A stretch of DNA of 64,000 bases from contig CAMMYV010000001.1 in the NCBI GenBank assembly GCA_946528765.1, positions 3,133 through 67,132 on the forward strand, written 5' to 3'. The position numbers and the translations under genes were made by a program. Each line of letters opens with the position of its first letter. Position 1 is the first letter of the stretch. Positions 61,078-64,000 of the stretch are shown here, piece after piece. This DNA is from an uncultured Desulfovibrionaceae bacterium (lineage in GTDB: Bacteria > Desulfobacterota > Desulfovibrionia > Desulfovibrionales > Desulfovibrionaceae). Below the pieces are notes generated by a model. That model ran no database searches. It was not told the origin of the DNA and was given only the letters and a program-made list of their open reading frames with translations.

Positions 61078-61872
61078 GTGTTGAACAAACGGTTTTTGCC
61101 AGCGACCATCGCAGCCTGCCTGCTGGGCGCCGTCGGCATCGTGGGCTACCTTGTGCCGGACGATGTCGCGAGCACCCCGCAGAGAGCCGCTCTGCCGAAC
61201 AGCGGCGGTGCCGTTGTCTTCGAGCACGCGAAGCACGAGAAGCTGGGGCTGAAGTGCGCCCAGTGCCATCATGTCCATGTGGACGCGGCAAAGCAGGCCA
61301 TTGCCTGCGACGACTGCCACGGGAAGAAGTTCGACGAGGCTTTCGTCAAGGATCACGCCCAGCGCTATGCCAAGGAATTCTGCGCGTCCTGCCACCACTA
61401 CGAGCCTGGCCAGCACGACTGGGGACACAAGGCCCACAAGGACGACATGGGGCTGGAGTGCACTTCCTGCCACCACAGGGACACCTCCATAGAGGACAAG
61501 CCCCAGAACTGCAGCTCCTGTCACGAGGAGGGCAAGGCGCCGTCCAGGGAGAAGCCCGAGGCCGGCATGCCGCCAAGCCTCGCCGATGCCGTGCATGCCA
61601 GGTGCGCCGGCTGCCACAAGGAGTGGTTCGGCGGGAACAAGGCGCGCTCCTGCGCCAAGTGCCACAGCGTCAAGGCGCCCGAGGGCGGGCCGGCTCCCCG
61701 CCTGCACAAGAACCTGGCCACCATGAAGTGCTCCGGCTGCCACGACAGGGAGCCCGGCAAGCTCATTCCCGGCAGGATGGAAGCAAGCCACAAGCTGTGC
61801 ATGGACTGCCACGACAGCATGAAGAAGGGCCCCGGCAAGAAGGCCCCCTGCACGCAGTGCCATCTCAAGTAG
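61078..61872 (+). CDS. dhcA: Decaheme cytochrome c (DhcA)
   Basis: N-terminal hydrophobic anchor and ten CxxCH motifs; first gene of rnf operon. Confidence 0.88.
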   Translation: MLNKRFLPATIAACLLGAVGIVGYLVPDDVASTPQRAALPNSGGAVVFEHAKHEKLGLKCAQCHHVHVDAAKQAIACDDCHGKKFDEAFVKDHAQRYAKEFCASCHHYEPGQHDWGHKAHKDDMGLECTSCHHRDTSIEDKPQNCSSCHEEGKAPSREKPEAGMPPSLADAVHARCAGCHKEWFGGNKARSCAKCHSVKAPEGGPAPRLHKNLATMKCSGCHDREPGKLIPGRMEASHKLCMDCHDSMKKGPGKKAPCTQCHLK

Positions 61873-61929
61873 CCAACCAGGAAGGCTCTGGGAGGGCATC
61901 CCTCCTTCGGGCCGCATAGGGACGAATAC

Positions 61930-63171
61930 ATGAAAGAACACTTTACAATGCTGACAGACCCGCGGTTCTGCCTCTCCAACGGCGTGACGCAGCGCTTCGG
62001 CATGGGGCCCATGCCGAAGACGGTGCGCCTGAACCGCGAGGGCTTTGCCGTGGATGCGGGGATCAAGAAGAAGACGCTGGTCTATCCCTACATGCATCTG
62101 GCAACGCATCCGGCGCCGGGCAAGGGCGATCTCTTCTCGCCCATCTACGGCGTGGTGACCGACATCACGGAGCGCAGCGTCTTCGTGGACGCCGTGGAGC
62201 CCGACGAGGAGCTGAAAAAGCTCGGCGCGTCCGTCGAGAAGCTCGACCTGCTTTCCCGCGAGGAGCGCGGCGAGGAACTCGTGCCCGTGCTCAAGGGACT
62301 CGGCGTCAACACCAAGTCGCTGGGGCAGAAGTGCGAGACCCTCATCGTCAACTGCCTCAACCCCGACCCCGGCGTCACCTGGGCCGAGCCCATGCTGCTC
62401 AGCCATACCAAGACCTTCGCCCTCGGCATGGAGATGCTGCGCCGCCTCTCCCCTGCCAAGCGCATCGTCCTGGCCATCCCCAGCAACATGAAGTTCAGGC
62501 ACCGCGACGTCGACATCGCCCGCGTGCCCTACCACTATCCCGCCAGCGTCAACGCCCTGGTCATCAAGAGCGTCACCGGCAAGGAGAAGCCCGAGGGCGT
62601 GGGCATCGTCGGCATCCACAACGTCTGGAGCCTCGGCCGCGTCGCCCTGACGGGCTACCCCCTGGTGGAGACGGTCATTACCATCGGCTCTCTCATCCAC
62701 AACGGCAACTACATCGTCCGCGACGGCTCCACCATCGGCGAGCTGATCGACTTCGCCAACATCGAGCTGCAGCCCGGCGACACCGTCGTCCGCGGCGGCC
62801 CCCTGCGCGGCGAGAGCCTCGACAAGCTGGACCGCAGCATCACCAAGGGCGCCTCGGGCCTCTTCATCGTCGAGAGCGGCACCATTCCGCCCATGGAAGG
62901 CCACAGCCCCTGCGTGGCCTGCGGCTCCTGCTCCGCCATCTGCCCTGCGCGCCTGCGTCCCGACATGCTGAGCCGCTACGCCGAGTTCGGCCTCCACGAC
63001 CGCTGCTACGACGAGTACATCACGAGCTGCCTCGAGTGCGGCCTGTGCGGCTACGTCTGCATTGCCCGCAGGCCGGTGCTCCAGTACATCAGGCTGGCCA
63101 AGGAAAAGCTCGGCCTCAAGCTCTTGAAGACGGCCGGCGTCTACGCCGAACGCGTCAGGCAGGGAGAGTAA
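61930..63171 (+). CDS. rnfC: Rnf complex subunit C (Desulfovibrio type)
   Basis: SPIYGVV, YP, GGPLRG, CVACGSC..CP and CLECGLCGYVC. Confidence 0.85.
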   Translation: MKEHFTMLTDPRFCLSNGVTQRFGMGPMPKTVRLNREGFAVDAGIKKKTLVYPYMHLATHPAPGKGDLFSPIYGVVTDITERSVFVDAVEPDEELKKLGASVEKLDLLSREERGEELVPVLKGLGVNTKSLGQKCETLIVNCLNPDPGVTWAEPMLLSHTKTFALGMEMLRRLSPAKRIVLAIPSNMKFRHRDVDIARVPYHYPASVNALVIKSVTGKEKPEGVGIVGIHNVWSLGRVALTGYPLVETVITIGSLIHNGNYIVRDGSTIGELIDFANIELQPGDTVVRGGPLRGESLDKLDRSITKGASGLFIVESGTIPPMEGHSPCVACGSCSAICPARLRPDMLSRYAEFGLHDRCYDEYITSCLECGLCGYVCIARRPVLQYIRLAKEKLGLKLLKTAGVYAERVRQGE

Positions 63172-63172
63172 C

Positions 63173-64000
63173 ATGAAAGACGCTACACCAACTCTGCTTC
63201 TGAGCATGAGCGCTCCGCCGTACTGGCACTGCGGACGCACCGTGCTCAAAAGAAGCATCGACCAGCTCGTCGCCCTGCTTCCCGCAGCCGCCATGGCCGT
63301 CGTGAACTGGGGCCTGCCCGCCCTCAGGGTCATGAGTCTTGCCGTGGCCGTCTGCGTGGCCGTGGAGGCCATCTGCTGCTGGGCCATGGACCGCAAGTCG
63401 ACCATCGACGACTTCACCGCCGTCGTGGCCGGCCTGCTCTACTCCTTCATGCTGCCTGCCGGCGCTCCCTGGTGGATCGTGGTCGTCGGCGCCGTCAGCG
63501 CCATGCTCTTCGGCAAGATGCTCTTCGGCGGCCACGGCAACAATCCGCTCTCCACCCCGCTCATCGGCTGGGCCGTGCTCTTCATCTCCTTCCCGGTCCA
63601 CATGGATCCCAACATCGTGCAGACGGCGACCTCGTTCATCGACCCGCTGGCAAGGCTCAAGTACTTCGGCGTGGCCGAGGCCAACGCCATCCCCGTGCTC
63701 GACCTGCTGCTGGGACGCCAGATCAACGCCCTCGGCGCCGGCCAGGCCGGCGCAATACTGCTCGGCGGCTTCTATCTGCTCGTCAGGGGCCAGATACGCT
63801 GGCAGATCGTCATCGGCGTGCTCATCGGCGCAGGCTTCCCCTTTGCCTACCTGCAGATGACGGACCCTGCCGCCAACGCCAGCGCAGTCTTCCACATGTG
63901 CTCCGGCTCCATTCTGCTCTGCGCCTTCTTTATGGCCACCGAACCCTGCATCGCGCCCGCGGTCTCCGCAGGCATGCTGTGCTACGGCCTGACCTGCGGG
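63173..64000 (+). CDS. rnfD: Rnf complex subunit D (truncated by window end)
   Basis: MKDATPTLLLSMSAPPYWH, GKMLFGGHGNNPL, AFFMATEP. Confidence 0.88.
   Translation, partial: MKDATPTLLLSMSAPPYWHCGRTVLKRSIDQLVALLPAAAMAVVNWGLPALRVMSLAVAVCVAVEAICCWAMDRKSTIDDFTAVVAGLLYSFMLPAGAPWWIVVVGAVSAMLFGKMLFGGHGNNPLSTPLIGWAVLFISFPVHMDPNIVQTATSFIDPLARLKYFGVAEANAIPVLDLLLGRQINALGAGQAGAILLGGFYLLVRGQIRWQIVIGVLIGAGFPFAYLQMTDPAANASAVFHMCSGSILLCAFFMATEPCIAPAVSAGMLCYGLTCG

Overview
A GC-rich chromosomal window that looks like Desulfovibrionaceae (SahR-ahcY, System I* ccm operon, dhcA-rnfCD). It is mostly housekeeping genes and very probably spans the replication origin: parA/parB with two perfect parS palindromes lie at ~27 kb, and dnaN-gyrB-gyrA-purF-hisS-aspS-def-fmt-rsmB diverges from M23 peptidase-ppiD-glmS across a 600-bp spacer. 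Main observations: (1) that spacer has no dnaA gene and no canonical DnaA box that I could find, but carries an array of TGTTCC(TAACTCG) direct/inverted repeats and a 16-bp palindrome; (2) a large hybrid pseudo-kinase whose His-less HPt-like tail is out of frame behind an A9 run; (3) an AT-rich MNT-HEPN toxin-antitoxin islet in which both genes are broken but the promoter looks intact; (4) RnfC and RnfD lacking the usual NADH/FMN motifs; (5) an EndoQ/PHP-UvrD fusion and a ThiS-like/ModD pair. No CRISPR array, rRNA, transposase or integrase was seen. All calls come from reading motifs by eye; no searches were run.
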